64,000 bases of DNA, from the NCBI GenBank assembly GCA_016933575.1, contig JAFGAR010000175.1:27520-91519 (forward strand). Reading direction: 5' to 3'. The notes below the pieces were generated by a model. It ran no database searches. It was not told the DNA's origin and saw nothing but the letters and a program-made list of their open reading frames with translations. Below are positions 20,001 through 27,866 of this stretch, one piece after another. Position 1 is the first letter of the stretch, and each line of letters begins with the position of its first letter. The position numbers were made by a program, and so were the translations under genes. The stretch is from Candidatus Thorarchaeota archaeon. GTDB taxonomy: Archaea > Asgardarchaeota > Thorarchaeia > Thorarchaeales > Thorarchaeaceae.

Positions 20001-21004
20001 GAACGAACCTTTTCAGGATTATCTCGACCACTATATCCAGATAGAATATCACTGACTGTTTCAACAAAAACATCGAAACCAATACTGGTTTTCCAGTCGA
20101 TGAAGTCATCTAGAATAGGAGCTATATCATCTGTTGTAATGATTGTATAGCTCGCCCCTTGGTAGTCACTCCAACCATTGAATGTGATGGATTCTTCTGT
20201 CACAGAATCCGTAAAGAGAACTTCAATACTAATCTCAGTGTGGAGTAGGCCCTGTTTCTCTATTGGATTATATTGCAGAGGATGCAGAGTCAACATCAAA
20301 GCTCGTTCTTCGCCACTCTTAATAACTTGAGAATCTACAAGCTCTGAGGGGTATGTCGTACTTGATTCATAGACTTCAGGATCAAAGAATAGAGTTAGAT
20401 CAGGAACCATATCGCCGAAGATTGCTAATGGTTTCGGTCCGGGAACTAAATCGAGACCGTATAGGACTTCGTGCGTCTGACTAGAAACTCGGATTTCAAG
20501 TACATCTAAGTCTGTGGGTACGTTGAACATAATCTTACTATAGGGTAAAACTGGCACTCCATAATTTGTCGAGAGTTCCATCTCGGGTATGAAAACTGCA
20601 TCGAAATAGCCCTCCTCAAAATTGTACGTGGCAATACTATAATCATGAATCAATGCATCGACAATCATTACATTTCCGAGTACATCATAAGACACTTCCA
20701 GACCAGTGCATGCATCTCCATCAATAGAAGTTCGGTATTTCGAAAATGAATCAGCTTTTGACCGATAAGTTTCAAGAAGTTCTCTAGCATCAAGATATTC
20801 TCCTTGATTGTCAAGCGTGAGCCAATCTGCTGGAGTGTCTATGCCATATGGGTTGTGGCTCTCAGTCTCCTGAATATCAAACCTATTATCTTCCTGCACA
20901 TCACTATTACTAGATGGAGTAAGAGATAAAATTCCTATTAATGAAGAGCAACATATCATTCCAATGATGATTATGGACAATATACGATTGATGTAGCGGG
21001 GCAT
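14042..21004 (-). CDS. Large membrane-anchored C25 (gingipain-family) cysteine peptidase with CARDB, NIDO-like and Ig/cadherin-like domains
   Basis: Signal/TM N-terminus, C25 propeptide (GVPVLP; PLQYNP), YFLLIGD, SDLYY..LDGDWD, VGRLP, catalytic DHG and AMACE; two CARDB repeats; C-terminal TM followed by KKLRNR. Confidence 0.88.
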   Translation of the reverse strand: MPRYINRILSIIIIGMICCSSLIGILSLTPSSNSDVQEDNRFDIQETESHNPYGIDTPADWLTLDNQGEYLDARELLETYRSKADSFSKYRTSIDGDACTGLEVSYDVLGNVMIVDALIHDYSIATYNFEEGYFDAVFIPEMELSTNYGVPVLPYSKIMFNVPTDLDVLEIRVSSQTHEVLYGLDLVPGPKPLAIFGDMVPDLTLFFDPEVYESSTTYPSELVDSQVIKSGEERALMLTLHPLQYNPIEKQGLLHTEISIEVLFTDSVTEESITFNGWSDYQGASYTIITTDDIAPILDDFIDWKTSIGFDVFVETVSDILSGYSGRDNPEKVRSFITDAYATNATEYFLLIGDCDLVPAREVWDPANAGMSLDNGTEPSDLYYECLDGDWDANDNDIFGEFDDDVDLFPEVKVGRLPIQTSTDAQRVLTRIISYESDPEPGDWMNDFMLIAVDCFGDGDGVVMSEGQLNQKYLFDSFFDVFRYYPTDGSLSTVDIVTKINSGINIVNFFDHGAYDVWVNALDVSDVLALNNGNKTPFAFAMACETAAFDVEGVEPTIGEAFFRATNGGASTYIGATRIAWAGYDCFDGFHNLFWEYFFTEALANHEASPKDAFHDALNFMATNYDTSNGPTLETIYHAIYFGDPALRMYWKHNVTIATDQVDLHETVTVDGTCLQYNNKPITDTVNVTIKNPLGVTVYSELVSTNSLGQFSIEFTPDSLPGDYTVVTRITQPFASTSVSSIHVGKLDVSTQLDGLPIYNTFLNFSGNVNDDCNGNATLLDSSGNVIHTMDLTAVSGEYSDSINITTFGWLKLYIQFDNGSMSGGSEIRFKVSRGDVLVIGDNAGTSSGPDYPGGWADDNFGDASNPGDYVLALKDEYDVTVYFTMHESTPALSFLQGFDAVIVSTGDNYGYPLNAPMSYLLDVLYEYHNTGGNLLFEGASILYSLDGVEDSRFSSLFHVEWTERTTNTGSLELVPGSHPIVSNLPSNILLANQLGTAYADVFAAANGSLNAAAYGGSYSGGSAITGLSPSPSLGGVVFIGFSIDAIADVNNRNRLIANAIEFLLFPSLVVLLSDNALKSGSSETIYLEAFDSATETPIEGASVSLSGCGISVANTSKADGTCSVFISPTSSGLIDVHVTKAGYLNFSTTIIVYDSSIIALDASPSYLERSQSTIVTFTASDYYEGTPLENCFINVTGLGNSENGYTNESGMISFALMSDSAGIITATGKFGGYIDASITLPVRISILILPSAGTEYADQCCWDEIMLHWDSYGDSPLYIDYTSFQNESLPLTLNTLETLRPDVLHLGLPPEQMSTSEINAIKEYIESGHGFIIGGGALHYNLEDWAEFLGLADYGTTSVYYSGSVVYDLIEETHPLFNGLEGSYTQAYPMTFYPLDSQWDSSKLDGGMYLALHDSATPYGAIIAYRGMVLFTGLPEYSSGADDCQIVYNALIWSNYEVPEHDLSVTIDVPATLGPGESTTITASVQNKGTMDETNVVLTLLINGSEVDSISVPVLLSGHAESIEYPWAPFEVNSYNITAYAEPVDDEYSEANNYATQMVSVRDLHDYMMSEVTYTWYDAFVNGVNLDVDGDDESVGVVLPFEFQFYDNIFDTVYVSSNGWLSFENDNPWQYNNVEYPTTDSRYVYSLAPMWADLIAYNNIWCWATEDRVVIEFREYYYLSGGIAGTFEVVFYENGLIQFNYQTMGNIYDGTVGLNHGDGIHYNSYDSSLLSYTTEFSLNFLYKYQGSELEAGLLAPSYASLNEPVEITAIAHNIGNSTEYDVELTIFIDDVVVDEDEISSLAPSAYYEFEYIWIPTDLGLHNVCVYVTPVVGELMTSNNAIMQNVSVEIPRNFEITSPTSSQTVRGGLVLVEYTIDQIEEVESLDVSVNDEDIIHIVNITQLEVMVPVFQNGTNLIELTVQWNDTRTDTESVTITSTEVVPLLDPELGDFYNWYQRAEPYSIQLNYTFSGMIGIYEVGVDVSMAVLDENNVTIMQAEVEITANTLNGYISSGVLEGSRLFFITGLRSPTYTNSYAEIGDVHALHAWFDNQRVTSSSIWESYAIWRSASTTTGQTASIFRSNGILATVELDGENLTGWVTNSSYLPAVDNNPPEWLTPLEYIVAEAGQSFVFQFDIFDDSGLDSFTINDTVHFVLTLSGQLSNVVPLHVGSYGLELTAIDPFDNTLIDEVTIQVIDTISPTWIYSDASIDLQYGSNLEVYLEATDFSGIDHWSVNDTRFSVNTTGWLINSIDLDSGVYTIEVAVFDLYNNYNTLVLTITLLPAPNPFSDVELILRVALYTTLAVAIFVGFLSIYKKLRNR

Positions 21005-21210
21005 TGGTTCAGATTCTCCTAACTTATCTCAACGTGCACTTACGAGTAGAAGAAATGACTAACTGATCCGGTGGTTTTATTCAGGACTAAGTTAAAGACT
21101 CCCATCCTTATGCACGATATGAGAACTCGAATTTGAACACTTATAAATTTCTCATACGCATATCATAATGGTCATCTACAAGATATGCGCAACTATCACA
21201 AATAAAAGGA

Positions 21211-21224
21211 GCTGGAGACCCAGC
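21211..21224 (-). terminator. Putative terminator hairpin
   Basis: GCTGG-AGAC-CCAGC followed on the minus strand by TCCTTTTATTT. Confidence 0.35.
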
Positions 21225-21231
21225 CCCTGCA

Positions 21232-21585
21232 TTATTTTTCGAAATGCACCTTTACATTTGGTGAAATTAAGTAAATGAGACACATGAGACTCAAGATGAC
21301 TCCGGGCCAATTATCGCCCACAGCATAGAGGAATATCGCAATAACATTGAATATCACAGTCATCATCCAAGCTGAATAGTCCTGCTTCAGAATCATTGTG
21401 TAAAGCCAAAATGCAACAATTGCAAGGATTACGCCTAACAGCGAGAGTTCGTTCTCCCATATAAGATATTCAACCCCGCCAACAATTAGGCCGGTAATAG
21501 CTTCAAGAAGCACTAACCAACCAGCGTAAGTGACTTCCTTTGGACGTGCACCTACACCAGCATCGGTCATTGGTATTTCGGTCAT
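21232..21585 (-). CDS. Small membrane protein (about 4 TM)
   Basis: Hydrophobic segments throughout; GGTGA RBS. Confidence 0.75.
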   Translation of the reverse strand: MTEIPMTDAGVGARPKEVTYAGWLVLLEAITGLIVGGVEYLIWENELSLLGVILAIVAFWLYTMILKQDYSAWMMTVIFNVIAIFLYAVGDNWPGVILSLMCLIYLISPNVKVHFEK

Positions 21586-21628
21586 ATAGAATCACCAAGT
21601 ATCTTAGCGATGTATGCAGTGGTTCATA

Positions 21629-22183
21629 TTACTCTTTCGAGTCAATTTGATAATTAGCTTCTTCAGAAGTTTCATCCGCATATTCATAGAGAACTGACCA
21701 ATCAGGTGCGTAGTCAATTGGTTCTAGGTCACTTGCCTCAAGTTCGAGCCCCTCAATACCTGCCACAATCTTTCTTAGTGTATAGGATTTGGCTCCTTCC
21801 CACCGGAGATAATCATTGAGATCTTTCGAGAACTCGCCCTGGTATCTCCGACATCGACCACTACAGAAGATCTTGTCATCACGAATCTCGAGAACGTCAC
21901 CACACCACTTGCAGACTGCCTCTTCACCATGTGCGTAAATGCGGCCATTAACGAGGCGGATGAGAAGGACAGTACCATCAAAATTACAGACACCCCATTC
22001 TTGATTGAGGTTGACTACCTTGAACCACAACTGGTTCTTGGGTCGTGCTGAGGAGCGGGAAGCAACTGGAAGAGAAGAGGCGACTGGATTCGTTTCGCTG
22101 TATTCGTTACTCGATAAGGCGGTCTCATCCTTGAGTTCTGAGAATTCAGATAACTTCGTCTGTTCTGTCCGCCTCATGTACAT
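21629..22183 (-). CDS. Hypothetical protein with Cys cluster
   Basis: CKWC...CSGRC putative Zn site; 184-aa ORF. Confidence 0.65.
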   Translation of the reverse strand: MYMRRTEQTKLSEFSELKDETALSSNEYSETNPVASSLPVASRSSARPKNQLWFKVVNLNQEWGVCNFDGTVLLIRLVNGRIYAHGEEAVCKWCGDVLEIRDDKIFCSGRCRRYQGEFSKDLNDYLRWEGAKSYTLRKIVAGIEGLELEASDLEPIDYAPDWSVLYEYADETSEEANYQIDSKE

Positions 22184-22294
22184 GAGTGTTCCAAGAGCAC
22201 AGATAAACTCCTATCTGAAATCGAATGAGATAGTTACGAAGCAATTAGAAGAATTTATGTTATGATATATAGAAAACACTTGGAGGTTTTATCG

Positions 22295-22702
22295 ATGGTA
22301 CTTCTAGGAAGCACAGCTCCATTACTTATTGACATAAATTTGATTCTTCAATACATGACTCTGATCCTGTTAGTGATTGGGTATATCAAAAGGAAGCCAT
22401 TCAAGACTCATGGGTATCTTATGCTCTTTGTTCTCATAATAACTATAGGAACAACTATTCTTATTATGGCTCCTAGACTATTGATTACACTCAGTAGCTA
22501 TGGATATCCAATCATTGCGCATGCGTTGTTAGGCATAATTTCCATTATTCTTGGATCTTTGTTTGCTATTAGATTCATCTTAGCAGTAAGAAACAACAGA
22601 CCATTAACTTGCGGGACAAAGATTATGATGCGACTTGCCTTGGTGGTATGGATAATTCCAATACTTGCAGGGACTATGATGTACATTACACTCTATCTCT
22701 AA
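22295..22702 (+). CDS. DUF420-like membrane protein
   Basis: 4 TM with conserved His (KTHGYLM, IAHALLG); GGAGG RBS before ATG 22295. Confidence 0.65.
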   Translation: MVLLGSTAPLLIDINLILQYMTLILLVIGYIKRKPFKTHGYLMLFVLIITIGTTILIMAPRLLITLSSYGYPIIAHALLGIISIILGSLFAIRFILAVRNNRPLTCGTKIMMRLALVVWIIPILAGTMMYITLYL

Positions 22703-22720
22703 AACACGGTTAATAATTGA

Positions 22721-22736
22721 GGTTAACAAGTTAACC
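22721..22736. promoter_or_regulatory. Palindrome upstream of surface protein gene
   Basis: GGTTAAC-AA-GTTAACC perfect 7-2-7 inverted repeat. Confidence 0.3.
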
Positions 22737-22816
22737 CTACTAATTACTTCTGCAAAACTACATAAGATTAGATTTAATCAAAATAGTAGAACGCTATGAC
22801 ATAGCGAGGGAAAGTA

Positions 22817-25060
22817 ATGATTAGAAAAGCTCTCTTTATTGTCATCTTATGCCTGATGATGTCATCACAACTTCTACCTCAGGCATCGATTTCAAGAACG
22901 CAAACTCTTACACAGGAATCAGTCACAGTACCATCTGAAACTAACCTGGGACGAGTCACTTGGACAACGAATACATTTCCGAATGTTGGTCTAGAAGAAT
23001 GGTATAATCCACATTCTCCAGAGGATATCTATACTGTCAGAACAACTGAGGAAGCAAGCTGGTACGAAACAAGTAATGTGTATGAAGGTGCAAAATCCTT
23101 TGGAATGCATGCTCGTGCTCTTGATCCATCACATTACTCAGAAGTTCGACTTACTCAGCAATCATGGATATATTGGGATAATCCAACAAATACAACCCTT
23201 GATTTCGATTGGTATTTGGATTCGATTGGCACACCAATCAATCAAGACTATTATCAAGTTAGATTACGAATAAGTAATCGTGACATGTACTACTATATTG
23301 GCTGTCAGAATTCTGTGGTAATGAATGGGTCGATGGCATATTTCTTCATAAATGGACCTCTTCAAACTTGGAATCACCTGCATAGAAATCTTACAAGTGA
23401 TTATTTCGAGGTCTTTGGTCAACTTCCAACAGAATTTGAATGGGCTGAATGGTGGATACGGAGTTATAGTACGACATATACTCGTATTTACATGGATGAT
23501 GTAAATATTGTAAATGGTACTTTTGTAAAAGTAGGTGGATCTACATTAAATGGCAATTTTGAAGGAACTGGCGGTTGGACTTTTCAAACATCAACTGATC
23601 CAGCAGATATTTCTCAATCACCAGTGAGAAAAGAAGGCGATTGGAGTATGAACATGACTGTTCTATCCAATGACTACACATCTTATGCCTATGCTAGCTA
23701 TAATCCTAACAAGTTACTATCTGAATCGAATAAAGGACAGCTCTCATTCTGGTGGATGATAGAAGATTGGGTAAATCCTGATGTATTTTCATACTGCCGT
23801 TTGATAGTCAATGTCAAAAATTCAACCACAGACTTTCAAATATACTATTTCTTTGCTATTGGCGGAGCTGGAACTATGCCTATGGTAATAATGGACAATA
23901 CAATCAAAATTAAGGTTGATAGTTTCAATGCAACAGGAACATGGAATCGTTTTGATAGAAACATTTGGGAAGATTTCACTGGAGTCTATGATACTGAAAA
24001 CCTCTGGATTGATGAGATTGAATTCCAAGTCCGAACCACTGTAGACAACAGCCTTCTCTCTCTCTTGTTCGATGATATTCAATTCGAAACAGCAATCCTA
24101 AATGATATGAATTATGAACACCAAGATGCTGTTGGGTCGCCAATTCTAGGATGGGATTACACATCAGGATTAGATGACGTTACTGTAACAGATTTTGCTA
24201 AGAGTGGTAACAAAGCAGCCAATCTTACATTGAATAACGATGAATCATGTGGCTATGATCAAACAATCGGAAAACTTGTTTTAAATAGTAGTACGGAACT
24301 TATACTAGATTTCAATGTCTACATTGATGATTTTAATCTGACATCAGAGGACTACCTGCTTTTTGCATTATCAGTTCAAGATACGTCTATGTACTATATT
24401 ATTGCTAACTCAACTAGTGCGTTTGAATCATCCTTAGGAGAAGAAGGTGGAGATTTTATTCTACTTCAGGACACTATTACTACCAACCAATGGCTGAATT
24501 TCCAAATAGATATCGTTCATGATTATGAGGATTTGTTTGGAAACGCGCCAGATACTACTCTGACATATCTTTACCTATCAGCACGGTCAGGACCTGCAAG
24601 TAGACTCTCTGTCATCTTTGATGATCTCTATATCTATTGTGACCCAGCCCCAGATGTAATAGATGTTGACCATTTGATAATCCTTGCTCCTGGTGGTGGT
24701 CCGGGATATGCAATCATTAATGCTACAGCTATTGACGCAACACTTGAATCTGTGGTTCTAAACTATCGAGTAGATAATGGAACATGGCAGCAAGTTGACA
24801 TGAATCAACTAGATACAACACTGTTTGAAGCAAATATAACAAACTTGGTAGGAGATTTGACTGTAGAATACAGCATAACCGCCACAGATGCCTTTGATAA
24901 GACATTTACAGCACTCAATGGGACAGAATACTTCTCATTCACGCTGAGTACTGGTACTCTTCCGACAGGAGATCTACTTGGACCTATTCTAATTCTCGGT
25001 GTTATCATAGCGATAGGTGTAGTTTTGTTGGTCTATGTCTTTGTCTATAAGAGAAAATAG
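22817..25060 (+). CDS. Secreted, C-terminally anchored surface protein with three tandem carbohydrate-binding-module-like repeats
   Basis: Signal peptide; repeats beginning N.(G/N)(F/L/Y)E and ending DD(V/I/L); Ig-like domain; C-terminal TM + KRK. Confidence 0.75.
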   Translation: MIRKALFIVILCLMMSSQLLPQASISRTQTLTQESVTVPSETNLGRVTWTTNTFPNVGLEEWYNPHSPEDIYTVRTTEEASWYETSNVYEGAKSFGMHARALDPSHYSEVRLTQQSWIYWDNPTNTTLDFDWYLDSIGTPINQDYYQVRLRISNRDMYYYIGCQNSVVMNGSMAYFFINGPLQTWNHLHRNLTSDYFEVFGQLPTEFEWAEWWIRSYSTTYTRIYMDDVNIVNGTFVKVGGSTLNGNFEGTGGWTFQTSTDPADISQSPVRKEGDWSMNMTVLSNDYTSYAYASYNPNKLLSESNKGQLSFWWMIEDWVNPDVFSYCRLIVNVKNSTTDFQIYYFFAIGGAGTMPMVIMDNTIKIKVDSFNATGTWNRFDRNIWEDFTGVYDTENLWIDEIEFQVRTTVDNSLLSLLFDDIQFETAILNDMNYEHQDAVGSPILGWDYTSGLDDVTVTDFAKSGNKAANLTLNNDESCGYDQTIGKLVLNSSTELILDFNVYIDDFNLTSEDYLLFALSVQDTSMYYIIANSTSAFESSLGEEGGDFILLQDTITTNQWLNFQIDIVHDYEDLFGNAPDTTLTYLYLSARSGPASRLSVIFDDLYIYCDPAPDVIDVDHLIILAPGGGPGYAIINATAIDATLESVVLNYRVDNGTWQQVDMNQLDTTLFEANITNLVGDLTVEYSITATDAFDKTFTALNGTEYFSFTLSTGTLPTGDLLGPILILGVIIAIGVVLLVYVFVYKRK

Positions 25061-25070
25061 ATTCACTATG

Positions 25071-25106
25071 ACCCAGCAAAAACAGCTGGGTTTCTCTTCT
25101 TTTTTC
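25071..25106 (+). terminator. Terminator hairpin + T tract
   Basis: ACCCAGC-AAAAACA-GCTGGGT followed by TTCTCTTCTTTTTT. Confidence 0.6.
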
Positions 25107-25114
25107 TAATTCAA

Positions 25115-25855
25115 TCATTCTAGGTAGTCGAGAAGCTCCACCAAATCTTTGATTATTAGTACATCTTCATTTTCTGACTGCAATTCTTCTTTTAGTTTCG
25201 AAAGAAGGATTGGTTGCATTCCAGCTCTTCGCGCGGCTTCCACATCAAGATTTATTTTATTACCAACAAAAGCACATCTAATCGGATTGACCCCTAACTC
25301 ATGTGCATTCATTATCAACATGTATGGAGAGGGTTTTGCATAACCTCGGATCAAGGTCCATTGTAGACTCTGGAATAGATGCCGAATTCCTGATGAAGAG
25401 AGAAGATCATCAGGACTCTGAGTCCAGTTTGTTGCAACACCTAACTTCAATCCACGATGATACAAATCTTCTAGGACCTCCTTTGCTCCGAGTCTCAAAG
25501 TATTTGGATGACTTGTAAGAAGATCATTCCAGAGACGTTGATACTCTAAAGATTTCTTGTCTATATCAGCATCGACACCCAAGCTCTGTAAAAGAACTCT
25601 ATCAAAGTATAGCCATTCTTCATGATTTATCTCGTGATTTGGTCCAGTTGCCACTTCATCTAGCAACTCATAGAGTGCAATTTCAGCCTTATCTTCTGCT
25701 TGTACAAGCTCCTCATATGTAACAACAAAATCCTCTCCACAGACTTCTCGAAGGAATTTCATATGATAGTCTGAAACAGAATAGGGCATTGTATACAGCG
25801 TATCGCCCATATCGAAAATCACAGCTTTTATTTCTTTCAGGTTTCTAAGAGGCAA
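25115..25855 (-). CDS. HAD-superfamily hydrolase
   Basis: IFDMGDTL, GVATN, KPSP, FVGN..NLD motifs. Confidence 0.9.
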   Translation of the reverse strand: MPLRNLKEIKAVIFDMGDTLYTMPYSVSDYHMKFLREVCGEDFVVTYEELVQAEDKAEIALYELLDEVATGPNHEINHEEWLYFDRVLLQSLGVDADIDKKSLEYQRLWNDLLTSHPNTLRLGAKEVLEDLYHRGLKLGVATNWTQSPDDLLSSSGIRHLFQSLQWTLIRGYAKPSPYMLIMNAHELGVNPIRCAFVGNKINLDVEAARRAGMQPILLSKLKEELQSENEDVLIIKDLVELLDYLE

Positions 25856-25860
25856 CTATC

Positions 25861-26667
25861 TCACCTAAATTCCTCTTGAACCCTTAAAATTGAGATTAGA
25901 CTTACAAACACCATCGTGAATATTGTGATCAAGAGCATTGACCAATAGATCATAGGAAATGTTGTAGCAAAAAAAGGAGCTAGTAAGAACTGGAAACTGA
26001 TTCCCAGATACATCAAGGGTATTGAATGCCAGAAAAATTTGGAATCAACCTTAGTTGAAAGGCTTTCGTCAGCATTCTTCGACAGGAAGAATGCAAAGAT
26101 GAAATAGATCAAGAAGATAGTAAAGAACCATCCGAAGTAATTAGTCAGCGGCACTCCAAAATAAAAACCACCATCCTCCCATACCCACTCTCCTTGTATT
26201 GTAGAAAGAATCGGGTCCATGACAAGGTCCCACATAACCATCACAAATGCGGCAACAAAAGGAATCAGACCAATTTGCTTACCCTGGATTTCTGGAGTGA
26301 ATTTCCCAACTAGAATATGAGCGATTGACCAAGAGAGATAGCCTGTTCCAAGATAGGCTGGCATAATAATCCATGGAACTTCACCAATCTTTCCTAGACC
26401 GGTGTAGTAATAATTGCCAAAGGGAAATCCAATAGCAATGCTTAGTGATTCAAGGGTCCATGAGATTGTAAACGTGATAATAATGAATACTATCAGATTC
26501 TTTGGTCCGTAGAATTTCGAGCCATGAAGTAATACAAAGAGAACGGTCACTAAGACACCTAGAAATCCTACTGGTGCTGATATTACCTTCGCAATTACTG
26601 TCGTGATATAGAGAATTGCGATGATTAGGATTATGAGTGAAGCTTCTATTTTGTTCAGTTTTGACAT
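25861..26667 (-). CDS. Carotenoid biosynthesis membrane protein (CruF/DUF422 family)
   Basis: GFPFGNYYY, WDLVMDP, WVW..GG.YFGVPLTNYFGW motifs. Confidence 0.82.
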   Translation of the reverse strand: MSKLNKIEASLIILIIAILYITTVIAKVISAPVGFLGVLVTVLFVLLHGSKFYGPKNLIVFIIITFTISWTLESLSIAIGFPFGNYYYTGLGKIGEVPWIIMPAYLGTGYLSWSIAHILVGKFTPEIQGKQIGLIPFVAAFVMVMWDLVMDPILSTIQGEWVWEDGGFYFGVPLTNYFGWFFTIFLIYFIFAFFLSKNADESLSTKVDSKFFWHSIPLMYLGISFQFLLAPFFATTFPMIYWSMLLITIFTMVFVSLISILRVQEEFR

Positions 26668-26876
26668 AATGGCGGCTCTCTCCTATCTTGAGTTACACGA
26701 AACAGTAGTCCAGAATAATGGATTTCTCTCTTTTCATTCTTTTCAAAGTGGATACCTCAAATAATCTGATTCATCATATCCGTCTTTCAGAGTTTTATTA
26801 CAAGGCCCTCAAGTATAATTCCTGCGTATTAGTAGAGACTTTTATTTCACTATATTTCGTAGTCCTGAGACCAGTA

Positions 26877-27788
26877 ATGACTCTTAAAATGCGATCATTT
26901 CATTGGAGTCAAGATTTTGACAAGATCCAAGAATTTCTCTTTAACACATACAAACTGACAAAGACCTTCCACAACTGGATTCCCTCAATGTTTGAAAATT
27001 TGCAGTTTGGACCATGTGGAACACCATATCTAGATGAAGAAGATGAGTATGTCAAAATATGGGAAGATTCTGGTGTTGGGATAGTTGCTGTTACTATTTG
27101 CAAACCATCAGGAGAGTGTCGTTTCCTGATACATCCAGACTACTACGAATATGGAGATACCTTTGTTGAAACTTTAGAGAGCCAAGCAAAAGAGATGAAA
27201 ATAGACGATTCAGAGCAAAAGATCTACTTCATGATTGAAGAGGGTGATATAGTTCGTGAAAAAGTTCTGAAACAACGCGAATATAATAATAGAGGGGTGT
27301 ATGAACACAATAGATACCTTCCAAAGAACTTTGAAGTCCCTGAGATTACACTTCCTGTGGGTTATTCAATAAGGCACGTAGACATCGTAAATGATTTTGA
27401 AAATTACAAAGCAGTTCAAGGAGCGGTCTTCTCTCATTGCATAAGCATGACAGTAGAACTCGCGAAGAAATATGCTAGTGCCAAATTCTATCATCCAGAA
27501 CGTGATGTTGTAGTTGTCGCACCTGATGGAACATTTGCAGCATTCGCTACAGGCAGAATGGATCCAATTAGCAAGCTAGCTGAAACAGAACCTGTTGGGG
27601 TTCATCCAGATCATAGACAGAAAGGACTAGGTAAAGCCATTGTCTATGAGGGTATTAGAAGACTCCAGCAGCATGGTGCTAAGGCAATCGTTATACTAGG
27701 TGCAGCTAGTTCTGACGCCGCAACGAAACTCTATGACGCGGTCGGTTTTGAGAGAAGAGACGTAAACGCATGGATGAAGATTATCTAG
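26877..27788 (+). CDS. GNAT family N-acetyltransferase
   Basis: EPVGVHPDHRQKGLGKA, KLYDAVGF; ATG 26877 preferred. Confidence 0.85.
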   Translation: MTLKMRSFHWSQDFDKIQEFLFNTYKLTKTFHNWIPSMFENLQFGPCGTPYLDEEDEYVKIWEDSGVGIVAVTICKPSGECRFLIHPDYYEYGDTFVETLESQAKEMKIDDSEQKIYFMIEEGDIVREKVLKQREYNNRGVYEHNRYLPKNFEVPEITLPVGYSIRHVDIVNDFENYKAVQGAVFSHCISMTVELAKKYASAKFYHPERDVVVVAPDGTFAAFATGRMDPISKLAETEPVGVHPDHRQKGLGKAIVYEGIRRLQQHGAKAIVILGAASSDAATKLYDAVGFERRDVNAWMKII

Positions 27789-27833
27789 TGAAAGGATAAA
27801 TTCAAGGAAGTGATTGTTCAGAAAAAAGGAGCA

Positions 27834-27858
27834 AAGTCCAGCCTTCTTGACTGGACTT
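27834..27858 (-). terminator. Terminator hairpin
   Basis: AAGTCCAG-N9-CTGGACTT, with a T-run following on the minus strand. Confidence 0.5.
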
Positions 27859-27866
27859 AATTTGAA

